From NCBI GenBank assembly GCA_964016885.1, contig OZ024740.1, positions 203,112,001-203,176,000 of the forward strand: 64,000 nucleotides of DNA. Reading direction: 5' to 3'. Origin of the DNA: Eledone cirrhosa. Taxonomy: Eukaryota. Both the position numbers and the translations under genes were made by a program. Below are positions 36,001-54,000 of the stretch, one piece after another. The notes beneath the pieces are model-generated. The model saw only the letters and a program-made list of their open reading frames with translations, ran no database searches and was not told the DNA's origin. Positions within the stretch are counted from its first letter, which is position 1, and each line of letters begins with the position of its first letter.

Positions 36001-39000
36001 GAATTAACAACAACAACAACAACAACAATGACATGCATAACAATAACACTGGAATTAACAACAACAACAACAACAACAACATGCATAACAGTAACACTGG
36101 AATTAACAACAACAACAATAACAACAATAACATGCATAACAATAACACTGGAATTAACAACAACAATAACAATAACATGCATAACAATTACACTGGAATT
36201 AACAACAACAACAACAATAACATGCATAACAATAACACTGGAATTAACAACAACAATAACAACATGCATAACAATAACACTGGAATTAACAACAACAATA
36301 ACAATAACATGCATAACAATAACACTGGAATTAACAACAACAATAACAACAATAACATGCATAACAATAACACTGGAATTAACAACAACAACAACAATAA
36401 CAATAACATGCATAACAATAACACTGAAATTAACAACAACAACAACAACAACAATAACATGCATAACAATAACACTGGAATTAACAACAACAACAACAAT
36501 AACATGTATAACAATAACACTGGAATTAACAACAACAACAACAACAACAATAACATGCATAACAATAACACTGGAATTAACAATAACAACAACAATAACA
36601 TGCATAACAATAACACTGGAATTAACAACAACAACAACAATAACATGCATAACAATAACACTGGAATTAACAATAACAACAACAATAACATGCATAACAA
36701 TAACACTGGAATTAACTACAACAACAACAATAACAAGCATAACAATAACACTGGAATTAACAACAACAACAACAATAACATGCATAACATTAACACTGGA
36801 ATTAACAACAACAACAACAACAATAACATGCATAACAATAACACTGGAATTAACAACAACAACAACAACAATAAAATGCATAACAATAACACTGGAATTA
36901 ACAACAACCACAACAATAACATGCATAACAATAACACTGGAATTAACAACAACAACAATAACATGCATAACAATAACACTGGAATTAACAACAACAACAA
37001 CAACAATAACATGCATAACAATAACACTGGAATTAACAACAACAACAACAACAACAACAATAACATGCATAACAATAACACTGGAATTAACAACAACAAC
37101 AACAATAACATGCATAACAATAACACTGGAATTAACAACAACAACAACAACAATAACATGCATAACAATAACACTGGAATTAACAACAACAACAACAACA
37201 ATAACATGCATAACAATAACACTGGAATTAACAACAACAACAACATCAATAACATGCATAACAATAACACTGGAATTAACAACAACAACAACAACAATAA
37301 CATGCATAACAATAACACTGGAATTAACAACAACAACAACAACAATAACATGCATAACAATAACACTGGAATTAACAACAACAACAACAACAATAACATG
37401 CATAACAATAACACTGGAATTAACAACAACAACAACAACAATAACATGCATAACAATAACACTGGAATTAACAACAACAACAACAACAATAACATGCATA
37501 ACAATAACACTGGAATTAACAACAATAACAACAACAATAACATGCATAACAATAACACTGGAATTAACAACAACAATAACAACAACAATAACATGCATAA
37601 CAATAACACTGGAATTAACAACAACAACAACAACAATAACATGCATAACAATAACACTGGAATTAACAACAACAACAATAACATGCGTAACAATAACACT
37701 GGAATTAACAACAACAACAACAACAATAACATGCATAACAATAACACTGGAATTAACAACAACAATAACAACAACAATAACATGCATAACAATAACACTG
37801 GAATTAACAACAACAACAACAACAATAACATGCATAACAATAACACTGGAATTAACAACAACAACAACAACAACAATGACATGCATAACAATAACACTGG
37901 AATTAACAACAACAACAACAACAACATGCATAACAATAACACTGGAATTAACAACAACAACAATAACAACAATAACATGCATAACAATAACACTGGAATT
38001 AACAACAACAATAACAATAACATGCATAACAATTACACTGGAATTAACAACAACAACAACAATAACATGCATAACAATAACACTGGAATTAACAACAACA
38101 ATAACAACATGCATAACAATAACACTGGAATTAACAACAACAATAACAATAACATGCATAACAATAACACTGGAATTAACAACAACAATAACAACAATAA
38201 CATGCATAACAATAACACTGGAATTAACAACAACAACAACAATAACAATAACATGCATAACAATAACACTGAAATTAACAACAACAACAACAACAACAAT
38301 AACATGCATAACAATAACACTGGAATTAACAACAACAACAACAATAACATGTATAACAATAACACTGGAATTAACAACAACAACAACAACAACAATAACA
38401 TGCATAACAATAACACTGGAATTAACAACAACAACAACAATAACATGCATAACAATAACACTGGAATTAACAACAACAACAACAATAACATGCGTAACAA
38501 TAACACTGGAATTAACAATAACAACAACAATAACATGCATAACAATAACACTGGAATTAACAACAACAACAACAATAACATGCATAACAATAACACTGGA
38601 ATTAACAATAACAACAACAATAACATGCATAACAATAACACTGGAATTAACAACAACAACAACAATAACAAGCATAACAATAACACTGGAATTAACAACA
38701 ACAACAACAATAACATGCATAACAATAACACTGGAATTAACAACAACAACAACAACAATAACATGCATAACAATAACACTGGAATTAACAACAACAACAA
38801 CAACAATAAAATGCATAACAATAACACTGGAATTAACAACAACAACAACAATAACATGCATAACAATAACACTGGAATTAACAACAACAACAATAACATG
38901 CATAACAATAACACTGGAATTAACAACAACAACAACAACAATAACATGCATAACAATAACACTGGAATTAACAACAACAACAACAACAACAACAATAACA

Positions 39001-42000
39001 TGCATAACAATAACACTGGAATTAACAACAACAACAACAATAACATGCATAACAATAACACTGGAATTAACAACAACAACAACAACAATAACATGCATAA
39101 CAATAACACTGGAATTAACAACAACAACAACAACAATAACATGCATAACAATAACACTGGAATTAACAACAACAACAACATCAATAACATGCATAACAAT
39201 AACACTGGAATTAACAACAACAACAACAACAATAACATGCATAACAATAACACTGGAATTAACAACAACAACAACAACAATAACATGCATAACAATAACA
39301 CTGGAATTAACAACAACAACAACAACAATAACATGCATAACAATAACACTGGAATTAACAACAACAACAACAACAATAACATGCATAACAATAACACTGG
39401 AATTAACAACAACAACAACAACAATAACATGCATAACAATAACACTGGAATTAACAACAACAACAACAACAATAACATGCATAACAATAACACTGGAATT
39501 AACAACAACAATAACAACAATAACATGCATAACAATAACACTGGAATTAACAACAACAATAACAACAACAATAACATGCATAACAATAACACTGGGAATT
39601 AACAACAACAACAACAACAATAACATGCATAACAATAACACTGGAATTAACAACAACAACAATAACAACAATAACATGCATAACAATAACACTGGAATTA
39701 ACAACAACAACAACAACAATAACATGCATAACAATAACACTGGAATTAACAACAACAATAACAACAACAATAACATGCATAACAATAACACTGGAATTAA
39801 CAACAACAATAACAACAATAACATGCATAACAATAACACTGGAATTAACAACAACAATAACAACAATAACATGCATAACAATAACACTGGAATTAACAAC
39901 AACAACAACAGCAATAACATGCATAACAATAACACTGGAATTAACAACAACAATAACAACAACAATAACATGCATAACAATAACACTGGAATTAACAACA
40001 ACAATAACAACAATAACATGCATAACAATAACACTGGAATTAACAACAACAATAACAACAATAACATGCATAACAATAACACTGGAATTAACAACAACAA
40101 TAACAACAATAACATGCATAACAATAACACTGGAATTAACAACAACAATAACAACAATAACATGCATAACAATAACACTGGAATTAACAACAACAATAAC
40201 AACAATAACATGCATAACAATAACACTGGAATTAACAACAACAATAACAACAATAACATGCATAACAATAACACTGGAATTAACAACAACAATAACAACA
40301 ATAACATGCATAACAATAACACTGGAATTAACAACAACAATAAAAACAATAACATGCATAACAATAACACTGGAATTAACAACAACAATAACAACAATAA
40401 CATGCATAACAATAACACTGGAATTAACAACAACAATAACAACAATAACATGCATAACAATAACACTGGAATTAACAACAACAATAACAACAATAACATG
40501 CATAACAATAACACTGGAATTAACAACAACAATAACAACAATAACATGCATAACAATAACACTGGAATTAACAACAACAACAACAACAATAACATGCATA
40601 ACAATAATACTGGAATTAACAACAACAACAACAACAATAACATGCATAACAATAACACTGGAATTAACAACAACAACAACAATAACATGCATAACAATAA
40701 CACTGGAATTAACAACAACAATAACAACAATAACATGCATAACAATAACACTGGAATTAACAACAACAATAACAACAATAACATGCATAACAATAACACT
40801 GGAATTAACAACAACAATAACAACAATAACATGCATAACAATAACACTGGAATTAACAACAACAATAACAACAATAACATGCATAACAATAACACTGGAA
40901 TTAACAACAACAATAACAACAATAACATGCATAACAATAACACTGGAATTAACAACAACAACAACAACAATAACATGCATAACAATAACACTGGAATTAA
41001 CAACAACAATAACAACAATAACATGCATAACAATAACACTGGAATTAACAACAACAACAACAACAACAACAATAACATGCATAACAATAACACTGGAATT
41101 AACAACAACAATAACAACAACAATAACATGCATAACAATAACACTGGAATTAACAACAACAATAACAACAACAATAACATGCATAACAATAACACTGGAA
41201 TTAACAACAACAATAACAACAACAATAACGTGCATAACAATAACACTGGAATTAACAACAACAATAACAACAATAACATGCATAACAATAACACTGGAAT
41301 TAACAACAACAATAACAACAATAACATGCATAACAATAACACTGGAATTAACAACAACAACAACAACAATAACATGCATAACAATAACACTGGAATTAAC
41401 AACAACAACAACAATAACATGCATAACAATAACACTGGAATTAACAATAACAACAACAATAACATGCATAACAATAACACTGGAATTAACAACAACAACA
41501 ACAATAACATGCATAACAATAACACTGGAATTACCAATAACAACAACAATAACATGCATAACAATAACACTGGAATTAACAACAAAAACAACAACAACAA
41601 TAACATGCATAACAATAACACTGGAATTAACAACAACAATAACAACAATAACATGCATAACAATAACAGTGGAATTAACAACAACAACAACAACAATAAC
41701 ATGCATAACAATAACACTGGAATTAACAACAACAATAACAATAACATGCATAACAATAACACTGGAATTAACAACAACAATAACAACAACAATAACATGC
41801 ATAACAATAACACTGGAATTAACAACAACAATAACAACAACAATAACATGCATAACAATAACACTGGAATTAACAACAACAACAACAACAATAACATGCA
41901 TAACAATAACACTGGAATTAACAACAACAACAACAACAATAACATGCATAACAATAACACTGGAATTAACAACAACAACAATAACATGCGTAACAATAAC

Positions 42001-45000
42001 ACTGGAATTAACAACAACAACAACAACAATAACATGCATAACAATAACACTGGAATTAACAACAACAATAACAACAACAATAACATGCATAACAATAACA
42101 CTGGAATTAACAACAACAACAACAACAACAATAACATGCATAACAATAACACTGGAATTAACAACAACAACAACAACAACAATGACATGCATAACAATAA
42201 CACTGGAATTAACAACAACAACAACAACAACAACATGCATAACAATAACACTGGAATTAACAACAACAACAATAACAACAATAACATGCATAACAATAAC
42301 ACTGGAATTAACAACAACAATAACAATAACATGCATAACAATAACACTGGAATTAACAACAACAACAACAATAACATGCATAACAATAACACTGGAATTA
42401 ACAACAACAACAACAATAACAACATGCATAACAATAACACTGGAATTAACAACAACAATAACAATAACATGCATAACAATAACACTGGAATTAACAACAA
42501 CAATAACAACAATAACATGCATAACAATAACACTGGAATTAACAACAACAACAACAATAACAATAACATGCATAACAATAACACTGAAATTAACAACAAC
42601 AACAACAACAATAACATGCATAACAATAACACTGGAATTAACAACAACAACAACAACAATAACATGTATAACAATAACACTGGAATTAACAACAACAACA
42701 ACAACAACAACAATAACATGCATAACAATAACACTGGAATTAACAACAACAACAACAATAACATGCATAACAATAACACTGGAATTAACAACAACAACAA
42801 CAATAACATGCATAACAATAACACTGGAATTAACAACAACAACAACAACAATAACATGCATAACAATAACACTGGAATTAACAACAACAACAACAATAAA
42901 ATGCATAACAATAACACTGGAATTAACAACAACAACAACAATAACATGCATAACAATAACACTGGAATTAACAACAACAACAATAACATGCATAACAATA
43001 ACACTGGAATTAACAACAACAACAACAACAATAACATGCATAACAATAACACTGGAATTAACAACAACAACAACAACAACAACAACAATAACATGCATAA
43101 CAATAACACTGGAATTAACAACAACAACAACAATAACATGCATAACAATAACACTGGAATTAACAACAACAACAACAACAATAACATGCATAACAATAAC
43201 ACTGGAATTAACAACAACAACAACAACAATAACATGCATAACAATAACACTGGAATTAACAACAACAACAACATCAATAACATGCATAACAATAACACTG
43301 GAATTAACAACAACAACAACAACAATAACATGCATAACAATAACACTGGAATTAACAACAACAACAACAACAATAACATGCATAACAATAACACTGGAAT
43401 TAACAACAACAACAACAACAATAACATGCATAACAATAACACTGGAATTAACAACAACAACAACAACAATAACATGCATAACAATAACACTGGTATTAAC
43501 AACAACAACAACAACAATAACATGCATAACAATAACACTGGAATTAACAACAACAACAACAACAATAACATGCATAACAATAACACTGGAATTAACAACA
43601 ACAACAACAATAACAAGCATAACAATAACACTGGAATTAACAACAGCAACAACAACAACAATAACATGCATAACAATAACACTGGAATTAACAACAACAA
43701 CAACAACAACAATAACATGCATAACAATAACACTGGAATTAACAACAACAACAACAATAACATACATAACAATAACACTGGAATTAACAACAACAACAAC
43801 AATAACATGCATAACAATAACACTGGAATTAACAACAACAATAACAACAACAATAACATGCATAACAATAACACTGGAATTAACAACAACAACAACAACA
43901 ATAACATGCATAACAATAACACTGGAATTAACAACAACAACAATAACATGCGTAACAATAACACTGGAATTAACAACAACAACAACAACAATAACATGCA
44001 TAACAATAACACTGGAATTAACAACAACAATAACAACAACAATAACATGCATAACAATAACACTGGAATTAACAACAACAACAACAACAATAACATGCAT
44101 AACAATAACACTGGAATTAACAACAACAACAACAACAACAATGACATGCATAACAATAACACTGGAATTAACAACAACAACAACAACAACATGCATAACA
44201 ATAACACTGGAATTAACAACAACAACAATAACAACAATAACATGCATAACAATAACACTGGAATTAACAACAACAATAACAATAACATGCATAACAATTA
44301 CACTGGAATTAACAACAACAACAACAATAACATGCATAACAATAACACTGGAATTAACAACAACAATAACAACATGCATAACAATAACACTGGAATTAAC
44401 AACAACAATAACAATAACATGCATAACAATAACACTGGAATTAACAACAACAATAACAACAATAACATGCATAACAATAACACTGGAATTAACAACAACA
44501 ACAACAATAACAATAACATGCATAACAATAACACTGAAATTAACAACAACAACAACAACAACAATAACATGCATAACAATAACACTGGAATTAACAACAA
44601 CAACAACAATAACATGTATAACAATAACACTGGAATTAACAACAACAACAACAACAACAATAACATGCATAACAATAACACTGGAATTAACAACAACAAC
44701 AACAATAACATGCATAACAATAACACTGGAATTAACAACAACAACAACAATAACATGCGTAACAATAACACTGGAATTAACAATAACAACAACAATAACA
44801 TGCATAACAATAACACTGGAATTAACAACAACAACAACAATAACATGCATAACAATAACACTGGAATTAACAATAACAACAACAATAACATGCATAACAA
44901 TAACACTGGAATTAACAACAACAACAACAATAACAAGCATAACAATAACACTGGAATTAACAACAACAACAACAATAACATGCATAACAATAACACTGGA

Positions 45001-48000
45001 ATTAACAACAACAACAACAACAATAACATGCATAACAATAACACTGGAATTAACAACAACAACAACAACAATAAAATGCATAACAATAACACTGGAATTA
45101 ACAACAACAACAACAATAACATGCATAACAATAACACTGGAATTAACAACAACAACAATAACATGCATAACAATAACACTGGAATTAACAACAACAACAA
45201 CAACAATAACATGCATAACAATAACACTGGAATTAACAACAACAACAACAACAACAACAATAACATGCATAACAATAACACTGGAATTAACAACAACAAC
45301 AACAATAACATGCATAACAATAACACTGGAATTAACAACAACAACAACAACAATAACATGCATAACAATAACACTGGAATTAACAACAACAACAACAATA
45401 ATAACATGCATAACAATAACACTGGAATTAACAACAACAACAACATCAATAACATGCATAACAATAACACTGGAATTAACAACAACAACAACAACAATAA
45501 CATGCATAACAATAACACTGGAATTAACAACAACAACAACAACAATAACATGCATAACAATAACACTGGAATTAACAACAACAACAACAACAATAACATG
45601 CATAACAATAACACTGGAATTAACAACAACAACAACAACAATAACATGCATAACAATAACACTGGAATTAACAACAACAACAACAACAATAACATGCATA
45701 ACAATAACACTGGAATTAACAACAACAACAACAACAATAACATGCATAACAATAACACTGGAATTAACAACAACAATAACAACAATAACATGCATAACAA
45801 TAACACTGGAATTAACAACAACAATAACAACAACAATAACATGCATAACAATAACACTGGGAATTAACAACAACAACAACAACAATAACATGCATAACAA
45901 TAACACTGGAATTAACAACAACAACAATAACAACAATAACATGCATAACAATAACACTGGAATTAACAACAACAACAACAACAATAACATGCATAACAAT
46001 AACACTGGAATTAACAACAACAATAACAACAACAATAACATGCATAACAATAACACTGGAATTAACAACAACAATAACAACAATAACATGCATAACAATA
46101 ACACTGGAATTAACAACAACAATAACAACAATAACATGCATAACAATAACACTGGAATTAACAACAACAACAACAGCAATAACATGCATAACAATAACAC
46201 TGGAATTAACAACAACAATAACAACAACAATAACATGCATAACAATAACACTGGAATTAACAACAACAATAACAACAATAACATGCATAACAATAACACT
46301 GGAATTAACAACAACAATAACAACAATAACATGCATAACAATAACACTGGAATTAACAACAACAATAACAACAATAACATGCATAACAATAACACTGGAA
46401 TTAACAACAACAATAACAACAATAACATGCATAACAATAACACTGGAATTAACAACAACAATAACAACAATAACATGCATAACAATAACACTGGAATTAA
46501 CAACAACAATAACAACAATAACATGCATAACAATAACACTGGAATTAACAACAACAATAACAACAATAACATGCATAACAATAACACTGGAATTAACAAC
46601 AACAATAAAAACAATAACATGCATAACAATAACACTGGAATTAACAACAACAATAACAACAATAACATGCATAACAATAACACTGGAATTAACAACAACA
46701 ATAACAACAATAACATGCATAACAATAACACTGGAATTAACAACAACAATAACAACAATAACATGCATAACAATAACACTGGAATTAACAACAACAATAA
46801 CAACAATAACATGCATAACAATAACACTGGAATTAACAACAACAACAACAACAATAACATGCATAACAATAATACTGGAATTAACAACAACAACAACAAC
46901 AATAACATGCATAACAATAACACTGGAATTAACAACAACAACAACAACAATAACATGCATAACAATAACACTGGAATTAACAACAACAATAACAACAATA
47001 ACATGCATAACAATAACACTGGAATTAACAACAACAATAACAACAATAACATGCATAACAATAACACTGGAATTAACAACAACAATAACAACAATAACAT
47101 GCATAACAATAACACTGGAATTAACAACAACAATAACAACAATAACATGCATAACAATAACACTGGAATTAACAACAACAATAACAACAATAACATGCAT
47201 AACAATAACACTGGAATTAACAACAACAACAACAACAATAACATGCATAACAATAACACTGGAATTAACAACAACAATAAAAACAATAACATGCATAACA
47301 ATAACACTGGAATTAACAACAACAACAACAACAACAACAATAACATGCATAACAATAACACTGGAATTAACAACAACAATAACAACAACAATAACATGCA
47401 TAACAATAACACTGGAATTAACAACAACAATAACAACAACAATAACATGCATAACAATAACACTGGAATTAACAACAACAATAACAACAACAATAACGTG
47501 CATAACAATAACACTGGAATTAACAACAACAATAACAACAATAACATGCATAACAATAACACTGGAATTAACAACAACAATAACAACAATAACATGCATA
47601 ACAATAACACTGGAATTAACAACAACAACAACAACAATAACATGCATAACAATAACACTGGAATTAACAACAACAACAACAATAACATGCATAACAATAA
47701 CACTGGAATTAACAATAACAACAACAATAACATGCATAACAATAACACTGGAATTAACAACAACAACAACAATAACATGCATAACAATAACACTGGAATT
47801 ACCAATAACAACAACAATAACATGCATAACAATAACACTGGAATTAACAACAAAAACAACAACAACAATAACATGCATAACAATAACACTGGAATTAACA
47901 ACAACAATAACAACAATAACATGCATAACAATAACAGTGGAATTAACAACAACAACAACAACAATAACATGCATAACAATAACACTGGAATTAACAACAA

Positions 48001-51000
48001 CAATAACAATAACATGCATAACAATAACACTGGAATTAACAACAACAATAACAACAACAATAACATGCATAACAATAACACTGGAATTAACAACAACAAT
48101 AACAACAACAATAACATGCATAACAATAACACTGGAATTAACAACAACAACAACAACAATAACATGCATAACAATAACACTGGAATTAACAACAACAACA
48201 ACAACAATAACATGCATAACAATAACACTGGAATTAACAACAACAACAATAACATGCGTAACAATAACACTGGAATTAACAACAACAACAACAACAATAA
48301 CATGCATAACAATAACACTGGAATTAACAACAACAATAACAACAACAATAACATGCATAACAATAACACTGGAATTAACAACAACAACAACAACAACAAT
48401 AACATGCATAACAATAACACTGGAATTAACAACAACAACAACAACAACAATGACATGCATAACAATAACACTGGAATTAACAACAACAACAACAACAACA
48501 ACATGCATAACAATAACACTGGAATTAACAACAACAACAATAACAACAATAACATGCATAACAATAACACTGGAATTAACAACAACAATAACAATAACAT
48601 GCATAACAATAACACTGGAATTAACAACAACAACAACAATAACATGCATAACAATAACACTGGAATTAACAACAACAACAACAATAACAACATGCATAAC
48701 AATAACACTGGAATTAACAACAACAATAACAATAACATGCATAACAATAACACTGGAATTAACAACAACAATAACAACAATAACATGCATAACAATAACA
48801 CTGGAATTAACAACAACAACAACAATAACAATAACATGCATAACAATAACACTGAAATTAACAACAACAACAACAACAATAACATGCATAACAATAACAC
48901 TGGAATTAACAACAACAACAACAACAATAACATGTATAACAATAACACTGGAATTAACAACAACAACAACAACAACAACAATAACATGCATAACAATAAC
49001 ACTGGAATTAACAACAACAACAACAATAACATGCATAACAATAACACTGGAATTAACAACAACAACAACAATAACATGCATAACAATAACACTGGAATTA
49101 ACAACAACAACAACAACAATAACATGCATAACAATAACACTGGAATTAACAACAACAACAACAATAAAATGCATAACAATAACACTGGAATTAACAACAA
49201 CAACAACAATAACATGCATAACAATAACACTGGAATTAACAACAACAACAATAACATGCATAACAATAACACTGGAATTAACAACAACAACAACAACAAC
49301 AACAACAATAACATGCATAACAATAACACTGGAATTAACAACAACAACAACAATAACATGCATAACAATAACACTGGAATTAACAACAACAACAACAACA
49401 ATAACATGCATAACAATAACACTGGAATTAACAACAACAACAACAACAATAACATGCATAACAATAACACTGGAATTAACAACAACAACAACATCAATAA
49501 CATGCATAACAATAACACTGGAATTAACAACAACAACAACAACAATAACATGCATAACAATAACACTGGAATTAACAACAACAACAACAACAATAACATG
49601 CATAACAATAACACTGGAATTAACAACAACAACAACAACAATAACATGCATAACAATAACACTGGAATTAACAACAACAACAACAACAATAACATGCATA
49701 ACAATAACACTGGAATTAACAACAACAACAACAACAATAACATGCATAACAATAACACTGGAATTAACAACAACAACAACAACAATAACATGCATAACAA
49801 TAACACTGGAATTAACAACAGCAACAACAATAACAAGCATAACAATAACACTGGAATTAACAACAGCAACAACAACAACAATAACATGCATAACAATAAC
49901 ACTGGAATTAACAACAACAACAACAACAACAATAACATGCATAACAATAACACTGGAATTAACAACAACAACAACAATAACATACATAACAATAACACTG
50001 GAATTAACAACAACAACAACAATAACATGCATAACAATAACACTGGAATTAACAACAACAACAACAACAATAACATGCATAACAATAACACTGGAATTAA
50101 CAACAACAACAACAACAATAAAATGCATAACAATAACACTGGAATTAACAACAACAACAACAATAACATGCATAACAATAACACTGGAATTAACAACAAC
50201 AACAACAACAATAACATGCATAACAATAACACTGGAATTAACAACAACAATAACAACAACAATAACATGCATAACAATAACACTGGGAATTAACAACAAC
50301 AACAACAACAATAACATGCATAACAATAACACTGGAATTAACAACAACAACAACAATAACAACAATAACATGCATAACAATAACACTGGAATTAACAACA
50401 ACAACAACAACAATAACATGCATAACAATAACACTGGAATTAACAACAACAATAACAACAACAATAACATGCATAACAATAACACTGGAATTAACAACAA
50501 CAATAACAACAATAACATGCATAACAATAACACTAGAATTAACAACAACAATAACAACAATAACATGCATAACAATAACACTGGAATTAACAACAACAAC
50601 AACAGCAATAACATGCATAACAATAACACTGGAATTAACAACAACAATAACAACAACAATAACATGCATAACAATAACACTGGAATTAACAACAACAATA
50701 ACAACAATAACATGCATAACAATAACACTGGAATTAACAACAACAATAACAACAATAACATGCATAACAATAACACTGGAATTAACAACAACAATAACAA
50801 CAATAACATGCATAACAATAACACTGGAATTAACAACAACAATAACAACAATAACATGCATAACAATAACACTGGAATTAACAACAACAACAACAACAAT
50901 AACATGCATAACAATAACACTGGAATTAACAACAACAATAACAACAATAACATGCATAACAATAACACTGGAATTAACAACAACAATAACAACAATAACA

Positions 51001-54000
51001 TGCATAACAATAACACTGGAATTAACAACAACAATAACAACAATAACATGCATAACAATAACACTGGAATTAACAACAACAATAACAACAATAACATGCA
51101 TAACAATAACACTGGAATTAACAACAACAATAACAACAATAACATGCATAACAATAACACTGGAATTAACAACAACAATAACAACAATAACATGCATAAC
51201 AATAACACTGGAATTAACAACAACAATAACAACAATAACATGCATAACAATAACACTGGAATTAACAACAACAATAACAACAATAACATGTATAACAATA
51301 ACACTGGAATTAACAACAACAACAACAACAATAACATGCATAACAATAACACTGGAATTAACAACAACAACAACAACAATAACATGCATAACAATAACAC
51401 TGGAATTAACAACAACAATAACAACAATAACATGCATAACAATAACACTGGAATTAACAACAACAATAACAACAATAACATGCATAACAATAACACTGGA
51501 ATTAACAACAACAATAACAACAATAACATGCATAACAATAACACTGGAATTAACAACAACAATAACAACAATAACATGCATAACAATAACACTGGAATTA
51601 ACAACAACAATAACAACAATAACATGCATAACAATAACACTGGAATTAACAACAACAATAACAACAATAACATGCATAACAATAACACTGGAATTAACAA
51701 CAACAACAACAACAATAACATGCATAACAATAACACTGGAATTAACAACAACAATAACAACAATAACATGCACAACAATAACACTGGAATTAACAACAAC
51801 AACAACAACAACAATAACATGCATAACAATAACACTGGAATTAACAACAACAATAAAAACAACAATAACATGCATAACAATAACACTGGAATTAACAACA
51901 ACAATAACATGCATAACAATAACACTGGAATTAACAACAACAATAACAACAACAATAACATGCATAACAATAACACTGGAATTAACAACAACAATAACAA
52001 CAACAATAACGTGCATAACAATAACACTGGAATTAACAACAACAATAACAACAATAACATGCATAACAATAACACTGGAATTAACAACAACAATAACAAC
52101 AATAACATGCATAACAATAACACTGGAATTAACAACAACAACAACAACAATAACCTGCATAACAATAACACTGGAATTAACAACAACAACAACAATAACA
52201 TGCATAACAATAACACTGGAATTAACAATAACAACAACAATAACATGCATAACAATAACACTGGAATTAACAACAACAACAACAATAACATGCATAACAA
52301 TAACACTGGAATTACCAATAACAACAACAATAACATGCATAACAATAACACTGTAATTAACAACAAAAACAACAACAGCAATAACATGCATAACAATAAC
52401 ACTGGAATTAACAACAACAATAACAACAATAACATGCATAACAATAACAGTGGAATTAACAACAACAACAACAACAATAACATGCATAACAATAACACTG
52501 GAATTAACAACAACAATAACAATAACATGCATAACAATAACACTGGAATTAACAACAACAATAACAACAACAATAACATGCATAACAATAACACTGGAAT
52601 TAACAACAACAATAACAACAACAATAACATGCATAACAATAACACTGGAATTAATAACAACAACAACAACAATAACATGCATAACAATAACACTGGAATT
52701 AACAACAACAACAACAACAATAACATGCATAACAATAACACTGGAATTAACAACAACAACAATAACATGCGTAACAATAACACTGGAATTAACAACAACA
52801 ACAACAACAATAACATGCATAACAATAACACTGGAATTAACAACAACAATAACAACAACAATAACATGCATAACAATAACACTGGAATTAACAACAACAA
52901 CAACAACAACAATAACATGCATAACAATAACACTGGAATTAACAACAACAACAACAACAACAATGACATGCATAACAATAACACTGGAATTAACAACAAC
53001 AACAACAACAACAACATTTATAACAATAACACTGGAATTAACAACAACAACAATAACAACAATAACATGCATAACAATAACACTGGAATTAACAACAACA
53101 ATAACAATAACATGCATAACAATAACACTGGAATTAACAACAACAACAACAACAATAACATGCATAACAATAACACTGGAATTAACAACAACAACAACAA
53201 TAACAACATGCATAACAATAACACTGGAATTAACAACAACAATAACAATAACATGCATAACAATAACACTGGAATTAACAACAACAATAACAACAATAAC
53301 ATGCATAACAATAACACTGGAATTAACAACAACAACAACAATAACAATAACATGCATAACAATAACACTGAAATTAACAACAACAACAACAACAACAATA
53401 ACATGCATAACAATAACACTGGAATTAACAACAACAACAACAACAATAACATGTATAACAATAACACTGGAATTAACAACAACAACAACAACAACAATAA
53501 CATGCATAACAATAACACTGGAATTAACAACAACAACAACAATAACATGCATAACAATAACACTGGAATTAACAACAACAACAACAATAACATGCATAAC
53601 AATAACACTGGAATTAACAATAACAACAACAATAACATGCATAACAATAACACTGGAATTAACAACAACAACAACAATAACATGCATAACAATAACACTG
53701 GAATTAACAATAACAACAACAATAACATGCATAACAATAACACTGGAATTAACAACAACAACAACAATAACAAGCATAACAATAACACTGGAATTAACAA
53801 CAGCAACAACAACAACAATAACATGCATAACAATAACACTGGAATTAACAACAACAATAACAACAACAATAACATGCATAACAATAACACTGGAATTAAC
53901 AACAACAACAACAATAACATACATAACAATAACACTGGAATTAACAACAACAACAACAATAACATGCATAACAATAACACTGGAATTAACAACAACAACA

